DNA of 64,000 nt from positions 43,071 through 107,070 of the forward strand of contig JAQGDQ010000291.1 in the NCBI GenBank assembly GCA_030141605.1. The letters run 5' to 3'. Positions 13,901 through 25,900 of the stretch are shown piece by piece. Source of the DNA: Tubiluchus corallicola. Lineage: Eukaryota; Animalia; Priapulida. Position 1 is the stretch's first letter, and every line of letters begins with the position of its first letter. The notes under the pieces were generated by a model that was not told the DNA's origin, ran no database searches, and saw only the letters and a list, made by a program, of their open reading frames with translations. The position numbers and the translations under genes were made by a program.

Positions 13901-16900
13901 GCTTGTGAAGATAATATCATCAGTCAGGTAAGTCAGGAGTCAGGGAAGCTTGTGAAGATAATATTATCAGTCAGGTAAGTCAAGAGTGAGGGAAGCTTGT
14001 GAAGATAATATCATCAGTCAGGTAAGTCAGGAGTGAGGGAAGCTTGTGAAGATAATATCATCAGTCAGGTAAGTCAGGAGGCGGGAAGTTTGTGAAGGTA
14101 ATATCATCAGTCAGGTAAGTCAGGAGGCGGGAAGGTTGTGAAGATAATATCATCAGTCAGGTAAGTCAGGAGGCGGGAAGCTTGTGAAGATAATATCATC
14201 AGTCAGGTAATTCAGGAGTGAGGGAAGCTTGTGAAGATAATAGTATCAGTCAGGTAATTCAGGAGTGAGGGAAGCTTGTGAAGATAATATTATCAGTCAG
14301 GTAAGTCAGGAGTGAGGGAAGCTTGTGAAGATAATATTATCAGTCAGGTAAGTCAGGAGTGAGGGAAGCTTTCGAAGATAATATTATCAGTCAGGTAAGT
14401 CAGGAGTGAGGGAAGCTTGTTAAGATAATATTATCAGTCAGGTAAGTCAAGAGTAAGGGAAGCTTGTGAAGATAATATTATCAGTCAGGTAAGTCAGGAG
14501 TGAGGGAAGCTTGTAAAGATAATATCATCAGTCAGGTAAGTCAGGAGTGAGGGAAGCTTGTGAAGATAATATTATCAGTCAGGTAAGTCAGGAGTGAGGG
14601 AAGCTTGTGAAGATAATATTATCAGTCAGGTAAGTCAAGAGTGAGGGAAGCTTGTGAAGATAATATCATCAGTCAGGTTAGTCAGGAGTGAGGGAAGCTT
14701 GTGAAGATAATATTATCAGTCAGGTAAGTCAGGAGTGAGGGAAGCTTGTGAAGATAATATTATCAGTCAGGTAAGTCAGGAGTGAGGGAAGCTTGTGAAG
14801 ATAATATTATTAGTCAGGTAAGTCAGGAGTGAGGGAAGCTTGTGAAGATAATATTATCAGTCAGGTAAGTCAGGAGTGAGGGAAGCTTGTGAAGATAATA
14901 TTATCAGTCAGGTAAGTCAGGAGTGAGGGAAGCTTGTGAAGATAATATTATCAGTCAGGTAAGTCAGGAGGTGGAAAGCTTGGGAAGATACATGACAGTA
15001 TAAATATACAGTGTTCCCTCACTTATCGTAGGTGTTCCATTCCAGGCCCACCCGCGATAAGTGAATTTCCGAAAAGTAGGGCTGCAATACTAATTTAATA
15101 CTTACACTTTTGGGTGGCATCGTAGGATTTGAATAAATTCAGTCTCTAACGACAATACCACAAATAGCGTACGTGCAAATAAATTGCACAGTACCTGAGC
15201 CAATCAGTGACTGGGATACAGAGCAGCATTCTCTGGTTGGTCGCCTTCCATCAATCAACCAATTGTATGTTGTGTACAAACTCACGTCGGCAAGTAGCAT
15301 CTCAAGCGGGCGCAAGTACTACATTTCGTTTTTGGTGTGTATTCATCCACCGAATAAATACACTATTTACTGTAAATGGGATTTTTTTATGATTTATAAT
15401 ATTCTTTTAAAACCCGAAAAACAGCAAGTCCTTGATTTACGAACCACGAAGTAGCGAGGGAACACTGTAATGGACTTGTAAAATTACCTAAGAGTGATAA
15501 AAAAACAAATGACAACTAAACATACTTGTAATATCCTGATAACAATGTATGGTGCTGCCCTCTAATGTTTGATTTGTGACGTTTTTTGGATTTAGAAACC
15601 TGTAAGTGTAAAAACTCTCATTACAGGAAGACCAGACGATTGTTTAGACTCAATCTCACTTTAATTTGCTGTTCAAAATATACATTTTCTCGCCTATAAA
15701 AGTTAGCAATTGTTTCTTATATTTGAATAATTAGCCTAGAAAGTTAATTAACGGCAACCGAACACAGTTATTGCTTATGTCAGAAACTAACTACAGTTTG
15801 TGCAATGACAGGCGTCTTCCCTTGCGCATCAAGCACGTTTGCATAAGCGTTACAATACTGTTTAAATGCATGATGTCACGAAAAATGAGCTCTACATCAT
15901 ATGACGTCAGAAACTAACACTGCAGTTCGTGATCATGGTTATCACAGTACCGCCTTCTATTTGTCGGCCACGCGAATGTGACAAAAAGGCACCGCTGTTA
16001 ATCTTAGTAGATTCAATGAGCCGCGTGTAGCTTTGAAAGTTTAACGAAATTTGAGAATCCGAGGTAATTATTATTTAATCTAAGCTTTGACCTAAAAAAA
16101 GCTATTGTAGTTTTCAATATTTTAGAGCATTCTTTATTCTGAACTCGTGTTTACACAATCACCCGGTTTTCCTTTAATGAAAAAACACAAATTTAGCATG
16201 ACATATGAAACAATAAAAGCAAAATAGTATTACAGGTAAAACGTATACAATTATGGTTTCATTGTACATAAAAGATAAGCAACTGTTAGTGGCCAAACAC
16301 AGCTATGACCCAAGATTTCTAAGTCTTATCAACAAAATATCGTAGTTTAAAATGTTTTACCTATTTATGAGATCAGCAGAAAACGTTTCATTGATAAATA
16401 CTAATGTCCACGCTTTATTATCTCTCACAGCTTGATAACCTTCAGCATATGTTTTATAGTCTATCTAAAAATATAAAACATTTAAATATTATCGATTTAC
16501 GTACAATGTTAATCTTCCGTTAAGCTGGGCTGGAAGCAGCATCTCTAAAGAAGACCCAAGAGAAGAAAATGGATGTGGCGGAGATAAGGATGTTGAGATG
16601 GATGGTGGGAGTAACGAGAAGGGATAAAATCAGGAATAGTAATATTAGAGGAACAGTCAAAGTAGTGGAAGCCTCGAAAAAGATACAAGAGGCAAGATTG
16701 CGATGGTATGGGCACCTGAGAAGAAGAGTCGGGGAAGATCACGTGGGAAGGGAGGTCATGGAAATGAAAGTGCTGGGAAATAGAAGAAGAGGACGACCCA
16801 AGCTGAGATGGTTTGAATGTATTAACGGAGACCTTAGAGAGACGAACATAAATGAAGAGATGGCCAACAACAGGAATGCAGGGAGACGACTTATTCACAA

Positions 16901-19900
16901 CGGCGTCCCCGCATAGGGAAAAGCTGAGAAGAAGAAGTTAATCTTCCGTTAAGCATGCACAAAAATACACGCTTTCAACAAAATTCTATGACTGCAATTT
17001 GCTTTCCGGAAAATGAAAAGTATAATGACAATCTAACTAACTGAAAGTCCAGGTAATTCAGATAGCAAAAATAGTAACGATAAATAATGACCTACTAGCT
17101 TATTCCTGTCCTTATTTATAGCATCTAAGTACTGCTGTCCAAGTGTTGGCTTGACGAATGGAAAGCCGAGATCATGATTAACGACAGCAATAGGCAAGTT
17201 CTTTGGATCGCCCCCTATTGCCAGGCAAAAGAAACACAGCTGAATCGAGGGCATCACAAACTGGAACAGTACCAACCTGAAACAAAATTTGAATAATATT
17301 ATTCAAGAAAACATTCAGTCTGACATTGTTACTAAGCTTCTTACTTAAATGTTCACTCTTGTTACTAAACTTATTACTTAAATGTTCGTTATTGTTACTA
17401 AACTTATTACTTAAATATTCATTCTTGTTACTAAACTTATTACTTAAATGTTCATTCTTGTTACTAAACTTATGACTTACATGTTCATTCTTGTTACTAA
17501 ACTTATGACTTAAATGTTCATTCTTGTTACTAAACTTATTACTTAAATGTTCATTCTTATTACTAAACTTATGACTTACATGTTCATTCTTGTTACTAAA
17601 CTTATTACTTAAATGTTCATTCTTATTACTAAACTTATTACTTAAATATTCATTCTTGTTACTAAACTTATGACTTAAATGTTCATTCTTGTTACTAAAC
17701 TTATGACTTAAATGTTCATTCTTGTTACTAAACTTATTACTTAAATGTTCATTCTTGTTACTAAACTTATTACTTAAATGTTCATTCTTGTTACTAAACT
17801 TATTACTTAAATGTTCATTCTTGTCACTAAACTTATTACTTAAATGTTCATTATTGTTTCGAAGCTTATTACTTAATATTCATTATTGTTACTAAACTTA
17901 TTACTTAAATGTTTATTCTTGTTACTAAACTTATTACTTAAATGTTCATTATTGTTACTAAGATTATTACTTAAATGTTCAGTCTTGTTACCAAACTTAT
18001 TACTTAAATGTTCATTATTGTTACAAACTTATTACTTAAATGTTCATTCTTGTTACTAAACTTATTACTTAAATGTTCATTCTTGTTACTAAACTTATTA
18101 CTTAAATGTTCATTATTGTTTCGAAGCTTATTACTTAATATTCATTATTGTTACTAAACTTATTACTTAAATGTTTATTCTTGTTACTAAACTTATTACT
18201 TAAATGTTCATTATTGTTACTAAGATTATTACTTAAATGTTCAGTCTTGTTACCAAACTTATTACTTAAATGTTCATTATTGTTACAAACTTATTACTTA
18301 AATGTTCATTCTTGTTACTAAACTTATTACTTAAATGTTCATTCTTGTTACTAAACTTATTACTTAAATGTTCATTATTGTTACTAAGATTATTACTTAA
18401 ATGTTCATTCTTGTTACCAAACTTATTACTTAAATGTTCATTATTGTTACAAACTTATTACTTAAATGTTCATTATTGTTACTAAGCTTATTACTTAAAG
18501 ATTATCTTACTTTTTTGAAAGATCATCTGACTTTTTTGAAAGATTATCTTACTTTTTTTGAAAGATTATCTTTGAGAAACGTAAACTTTGTGTTACTGAC
18601 ACTTTGGGATTATAGAACCACAATGATGGTAATGATAAACATGTATACGATTTTACTGTATATAACAAGGTTTATGCTACTATTTACTAATTATCTTAAT
18701 GAAGCAAACAGCAAAGCAAGAGCAGAGTAAAATTTTAACAAAAAGTAACTCATCAGATTAGATTTCTTAAGTAAACATGTTAGAAGTCAACAAATAAGCA
18801 ACAAAAAGCCCCAAAAATAAGCAACGACTTCAAATGTATACAAATGCTTTGCAACAAAGGTTAAGCAAAGCGAAACATGGTTAGTAAATGGATACGTGTG
18901 GGCCACGTAGGTCACTTCTGAATAGTTTTGCCTACACATAATGCCTCGAAATGTGGTTTGGGCTAAAATCTCAGATTTAGAGGATTGCCATTCAGACTAA
19001 ACTAAGAGCGAGTCAAATCATAAGATTCTACATTAAGCAAATGTTGCCATTGAGTGCTGGACAGCAGCTTATAGTGTGTACATAACTTAACAAAAACTGA
19101 ATGTAACGGATGGTAGAATGAGTTTCTGAAATGATTTAAAAATATGAAAAGAGAAACCAGACAGAAAAAACGTATCAGCTAAAAATGATTTTTCACTTTA
19201 CAGCTGTCCACTAGTGCAAAAACAATGCCAATATTATTATTTACGGTATATTTCTCCACATTTTGATAAGATCCTTTATCATCAAGGCTAGTATATTATT
19301 CCCACTTGGCAAAGAGAACAAACTTGCACAAAGTCCTGAAAAAGAAATTATGCAACTTTGAACAATGCTGCAAAGATTGATAATGCACACATTTATGTTT
19401 CAATGCAAAAACTTGATCAGAAAATTGGTATTTTTACAACAGAATGCACGTATGCAAAACTTTTTAGTTTTATAATTTTGTTTAACTCATGAGAGGCAAT
19501 GTCTGACACAACTCAACTAGAAACTTCAAAACTAAATGTGCTATACAAATACAGTGAAAGTATACTTAATTTTTTAGCTATATTTTTTCTTAAAAACAAA
19601 GATCTCACCCATTGACACCCATAAGACCATAGCATATTCTAGAGTGTCCTCTCACAGTTTAAAGCCATGATATATTGACACAGAGTAAAAGTACAACTGC
19701 TTGGGTTCTGAAGCCATTTAAACATTTTACAATAATCACATGTAACATTTCATACTGACCGTTTTTGGATGACTTGCGCGAAGACCTTATGCTTGTCTGG
19801 GGAATAAGTTCGGGGTCGTGTACCGCACCATAAACATTATTAGCTATTAAACTAGCCTTCTCTTCAGCAGTACCAGATTCAGTCTTAGATGCAGAAGGCT

Positions 19901-22900
19901 AATATAAAAAAGAAACGGAGGAAACTTTTACTTGAACATATCAATAAAATAAAATTTATACACGGAAACATTGATGTACTAGTAACAGTAAATAACAAAT
20001 ATTTCGCAGCCCATTACTGCTTCTTCAGTGTATACAATAAGTAATATGGAGAACCTTGGAATGTAAAAGATATAGAGTAATGCAGAAAAGCGTCTTCTTC
20101 ACGACAAGTATTGCACTGGTCTACTTACTAATTACTTAAGTACCACGATTGAAGAACCTACCCGTAATGGGCTACGAAATATTTGTTATTTAGCAAAAAT
20201 AAAAAGCAGAAATTTAAATAGTACATCCACGTTTCCGTCTTAAAACTTTATTTTATTCGTATTTCCAATAATGGATGCCAAACTTATTAAAATATTTTAC
20301 TTGAAAGCACAAAGCCTTAATTATAACCTAGCAGCATACTTTTATTTTACCAACAATTAACTTACTTAACTGAGTAATGCTAGATTAAGTGCACTTATTT
20401 CAACATGTGTTAGTTGAGTAATGCTAGATTAAGTGCACTTATTTCAACATGTGTTAGTTGAGTAATGATAGATGAAGTGCACTTACTTACTTACTTCAAC
20501 ATGTGTTAGTTGAGTAATGCTAGATTAAGTGCATTTACTTCAACATGTGTTAATTGAGTAATGCTAGATTAAGTGCACTTACTTCAACATGTGTTAGTTG
20601 AGTAATGCTAGAATAAGTGCACTTACTTCAACATGTGTTAGTTGAGTAATCATAGATTAAGTGCATTTACTTCAACATGTGTTAATTGAGTAATGCTAGA
20701 TTAAGTGCACTTACTTCAACATGTGTTAGTTGAGTAATGCTAGATTAAGTGCACTTACTTCAACATGTGTTAGTTGAGTAATGCTAGATTAAGTGCACTT
20801 ACTTCAACATGTGTTAGTCAAGTAATGCTAGATTAAGTGCACTTACTTCAACATGCGTTAGTCAAGTAATGCTAGATTAAGTGCACTTACTTCAACATGC
20901 GTTAGTTGAGCAATGCTAGATTAAGTACACTTACTTCAACATTTGTTAGTTGAGCAATGCTAGATTAAGTACACTTACTTCAACATGTGTTAGTTGAGTA
21001 ATGCTAGATTAAGCGCACTTACTTCAACATGTGTTAGTTGAGTAATGCTAGATTAACTGCACTTACTTCAACATGTGTTAGTTGAGTAATGCTACTACTA
21101 GACATTTCTGCTTTGTCACCAACTGGATCATCTGGCATTTCATCCATGCATAGCTTGAGAAATACTGCCTCTAGTGTCTAAAATTGCCATAATTAAACAA
21201 CATTTCAGTGATGCCAATTAAACTATAAACTATAAGTACTTGGTTCTTATAATCAACGACATGATTGGATCCGTACTCATCATAACAATGCACTCATTGC
21301 TGTATTGGGTCACAGTGAACTAACACTTGTTAAACAACCGTCCATATTGTCTATATTTAGAATATGCAAATTCTAAACTTAACAAGTGTTTCTCCCTTTA
21401 AACCAAAAAGCAAATCAGCAGTCTGGATAATAATAACACTAGACACGACGATAATGACGATGACAACGATGATGATGATGAAGAAGATAAATAATTATAA
21501 ATTTAGCAAATGTTTTTCCCTTTAAACCAAATCAGCAGTCTGGATAATAATAACATTAGACACGGCGACGACAACAATGATGATGATGATGACTATGATG
21601 ATGATGACGAAGATAACAATAGCAATTACAGTAACAATAATAATAAGAAGAAGAAAATGTAATAATGTTCTAGAAATAAAACATACCTGGCATTGGTGAT
21701 CAATTAGTAGTTCAGCCGGGGCAGATTCGGCTAACAATATCCCGTGTCTCATCAAACCTACCTGGCAAAACATTAAAATACAATTCAAACTTTACAAAAC
21801 AATGACACTTACATAGTACAGTGGAATCTCGACTTACGAAAACCCTATTATTCGAAAAATTCAGAATAATAATCGGACTTCGACGAAATTTCGTCCCATT
21901 TAACAAAAAAATATTCAAGATACGAAAGCGAAAATCGAATGTGCTGCCGACAGCGGTCCTCCCAGAATGCATTTCGTGAATGCTTTGTTGTGCTCTTATC
22001 TCACGTGAACGCATTCAATAACCACGGGTCCGAAACGTATGCAAGTGGCAGTGGTGGTGATAAGAAGAAAAGGATGATGTTGATGGAAACAAATCTTGAA
22101 ATTATAGTTAAATATGACAGTGCCATGCGTTTAAGTGCTATCTGAGCCTATCTCAGGGGAGTATGAGTGAAACCCTTCGACGATCGGTCATTAATGAACA
22201 TATTTCTTTCGGGTGGATATAATATTTACACTTTACACGACTGTTTTTAAAGGGGCTGGAACCATTTATATGGTAAATCTTGTCTCATAACACGAAAATC
22301 TAAGATACGAAGGCCCTTCCGGAACGAATTAATTTCATATCTCGAGGTGTTGCTGTACTTAAATTTCAAAGCAGCATTCATGCCATCGAGTTTTAAATGC
22401 AAATGAATCCACTCACCATGTCTGCTAGTCTGGCTTCCTCTATGTAATGAGTTGTAATGACAATAGTAGTGCAGATGAATACACTCAACATGTCTGCTAG
22501 TCTGGCTTCCTCTATGTAATGAGTTGTAATGACAATAGTAGTACAGATGAATACACTCACCATGTCTGCTAGTCTGGCTTCTTCTATGTAATGAGTTGTA
22601 ATGACAATATTAGTACGGATGAATCCACTCACCATGTCTGCTAGACTGGCTTCCTCTATGTAATGAGTTGTAATGACAATAGTAGTACAGATGAATACAC
22701 TCACCATGTCTGCTAGTCTGGCTTCTTCTATGTAATGAGTTGTAATGACAATAGTAGTACGGATGAATACACTCACCATGTCTGCTAGTCTGGCTTCCTC
22801 TATGTAATGAGTTGTAATGACAATAGTAGTACGGCTCTCTCTGACTATGTTTATCAAATGGTCCCAAATACTGTAAAAAAGAAAATGTATTTGAGTAAAG

Positions 22901-25900
22901 TTCTGTTTGACATCAAAGACAAAACAAATGCTGACAAAGTTGTCGAAGATGCGAGCATTTAATTTACAGTTTATTATTAATTTTCATATGTAGTTTTAAA
23001 CTTTAGTTTTTCATTACCACTAAATCAGTGCTGACATCTGTTTGTACACTCGGAAGTTTCCAATATATGTATGTACTTGCTACTGCTATATGTTTGTATG
23101 GAACTGGGTTACTGGGCTTCTCTGTGAATGTAACAGTTTTTCACACTTGGTAGCAACATTAGAGGACAAGCAATAGGCTTAAACAGCGGTGTGGTTATAA
23201 TAACGTTTTGACTCAGGTGCCATGATATATTGGCTGATGGATTTACTTTGACTTTTGTTTACTACTGTTGATTATGTTTACCATTTTCCTGTATATGTGG
23301 AACGACTATGATTTTGAGTAAAATACAGATTGCAAAGTTAAACCATGTTTTCATCCAGTGATTTCATCTGTTTAACACAAACAATGCAACTACAAAAACA
23401 GTCTGATAAACCTGCCAATGTCGGTCAGTGTCTCCCCAAAACACCCCAGCGATAACTTTAACGTCACGAGAAAAAGTCATTTTTCAATGGTCCAATAGTA
23501 ACACTGACAATAAACACCTTTTTACTACGAAAACGATAAAGTAAATATTTTTACAACTGTTAACTTTGTCTAGCGAGTGACATAGTATTTCTACCGGTGT
23601 GACCAGTGTGACCAGTAGTTCTCACATAGTTACAAACATAAGTGTTTCACTCGCTGACACATGATAACACAATGTTAACTGCTCATTAATCACAGTAATC
23701 AATTCACCTATTCTAGGGCATTCGATTTTCCACAATGACAGAAAACTGAAGGAATTCATGGAAATGGAAATAGCTATGAAAAAAATTAGCCCGATTTCCG
23801 ACGTTTCTACAAACTTAATGCATACTAGAGATGAAACTTACTTCACTTGTTATTTTCACTCTGTTTTTGCATTTGCCATGAGTAAGGAGAAATACCAGAC
23901 ATATTTTAGTGTCAGCTCATAACAAACAACAATAAGATTTACGGAACGGTTTCTTTGCTGACGTAAACTGTGCATGACAATGTGTTTGAAATTTTCTGTA
24001 TTTATAATAAAATTGGTTTAAACTTTATGTCTTTTTGGACTCTGTTCAGATTCATTTAGTTCAACTTTAAAAATGGGCAAACAAGGTGATGTTTGGCCAA
24101 AAGAGTAAAACGATGTGCACCATTTGTATGTGTCACAGCCGGGGAAAGATCCGGGCAATTTCCCAATGATTTGTATCAAGATAACGGGATATTGTTTTGT
24201 AAATTTTGTGTGAATTAAAAGTTGGTGGTCTTATCGCATACAAAACCAAACATATAAATCTGATACATATTTAACTCATATAAAAATATACTTTTTAGCT
24301 GCAGTCAATCACACATTACATAATTTGATAATAAATGTTAGTTGTAAGGCGATGTAAGTTCTAATAGATCAATGGTTCCCAAACTTTCTCGGACCGTTAC
24401 CCAAATCGGGAAACCCGGTCGTGTCCATTACCCCCCACCTAGTACTACTTCTCCAACTCAAAAAGTAAACACACGTATATGCCACAAGCAAGCAAAATTA
24501 TTTATGTTATTTATAAATGATGGACACCATGACACAGTGTTGCCTGCCGGAGGCAGTCTCTTCAAGAAGAAAACTACATAAAATGCATTCCGAGCGAAGT
24601 TTTAAAAATTTTCAGAGGGGTGCCCGTTACTCCCCCAAAAAAACATATTACCCCCGGGGGGTAATTTACCCCTACTTTGGGAACCACTGTAATAGATGAA
24701 TCTATGAAACGGAATTCGGTCAATATTGAAATGGAAAGTCGGAGGGTTTACTGTCCGTTAAAAACAAAAAGTAGGATTATTTACTCTACCTACTTGGCTC
24801 TGAGCAACGGATCCACACCTACAGTTGGTTCATCTAGTATTAACAGTTCCGGTTCATGCAACAATGCCACACAAAAAGACACTCTTCGCTTCTGACCGCC
24901 ACTAAAAAATGAAAATTGCCAAAAAAAATTAAAACAAAACAATTAAAGCATTAAATCATACAAGATAGCTTGATGCTGAACATCATGCTTAGATTTAGAG
25001 GGCAAGTGAAGAAATTGCATTACTTACTGCTATGGTGTAATATGAATCAAAGTTTAAACTTAATTACAGGAATTACAGGAAACCTGTGAAAATTGGTTCA
25101 AACTGTTAGAAAAATTTAGAAATTATGGCAAATATATCTTGAGTTTTTCCGCACAAGTTTCTATTACAAAAATGCACCTCAAATACTTTTGCGCAGCAAC
25201 GAAATAACGAAATACTCAATATGCATTTTTTCCATGATGCTGAAAATATCCATGCCATCTAGCTTTGTATAGAAATGGCTTCATGCTGTGTTAAATGGAC
25301 CAGGTGTGACTGCCAAAAGAAGTTGTGTGAGTCCAGCAACAATTTTGTGAATTAGTATTGATAAGCTCAACAAGATCTCTTGTACGTACTTTCTTCTAGA
25401 ACAATATTACAATCAGCAAAGCATGGCAATGAACCTGTGCCGGACTAACTGGCAATCTCCAGCGCAGAATGCAAAGTACACTGACCACTAAAACGTGGAT
25501 ATAAACGTATCTGCATTGTAGCGATGCGAAGGTTCATCTTACCTGAGCGTTTGAATCTTTCTGTTTTCCGGGGGAAGATGGAGAAAGTTGAGGAGAAACT
25601 TGGTACGTTTCTGCACCTCGCTCATGCTCATATTGTTTACCCTTCCAAAATACCTCAATGTTTCTCTAATGGTGAACTCCTTATAGAGAGCTATCTCCTG
25701 AATAATAAAAACAACTTGATTATTAGTGCTGAAGAAATTAAAAACCACAAAGCATCATTTCTCCCTGCCATTTAATTTTGCAGTTTTCAAATTCAAATTA
25801 TTCTGTCTTTCATTTTCCTTGCCTAGTATCTTAGTTAAAAATTAGAAAATTTTATGTATAGAAAAACACAAGCAAATTAAATACATAATTCAATGAAATA

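Noticed and set aside
13820-14990. CRISPR-like appearance of the regular arrays (also 20360-21094, 31367-32136, 48801-49635)
   Set aside because: Units are head-to-tail with no unique spacers, there are no cas genes, and the context is eukaryotic introns.
18270-18730. Leu-rich ORFs (LLLKCSF repeats); likewise ORFs at 53573-54145 and 59238-59523
   Set aside because: Translation by-products of tandem repeats.
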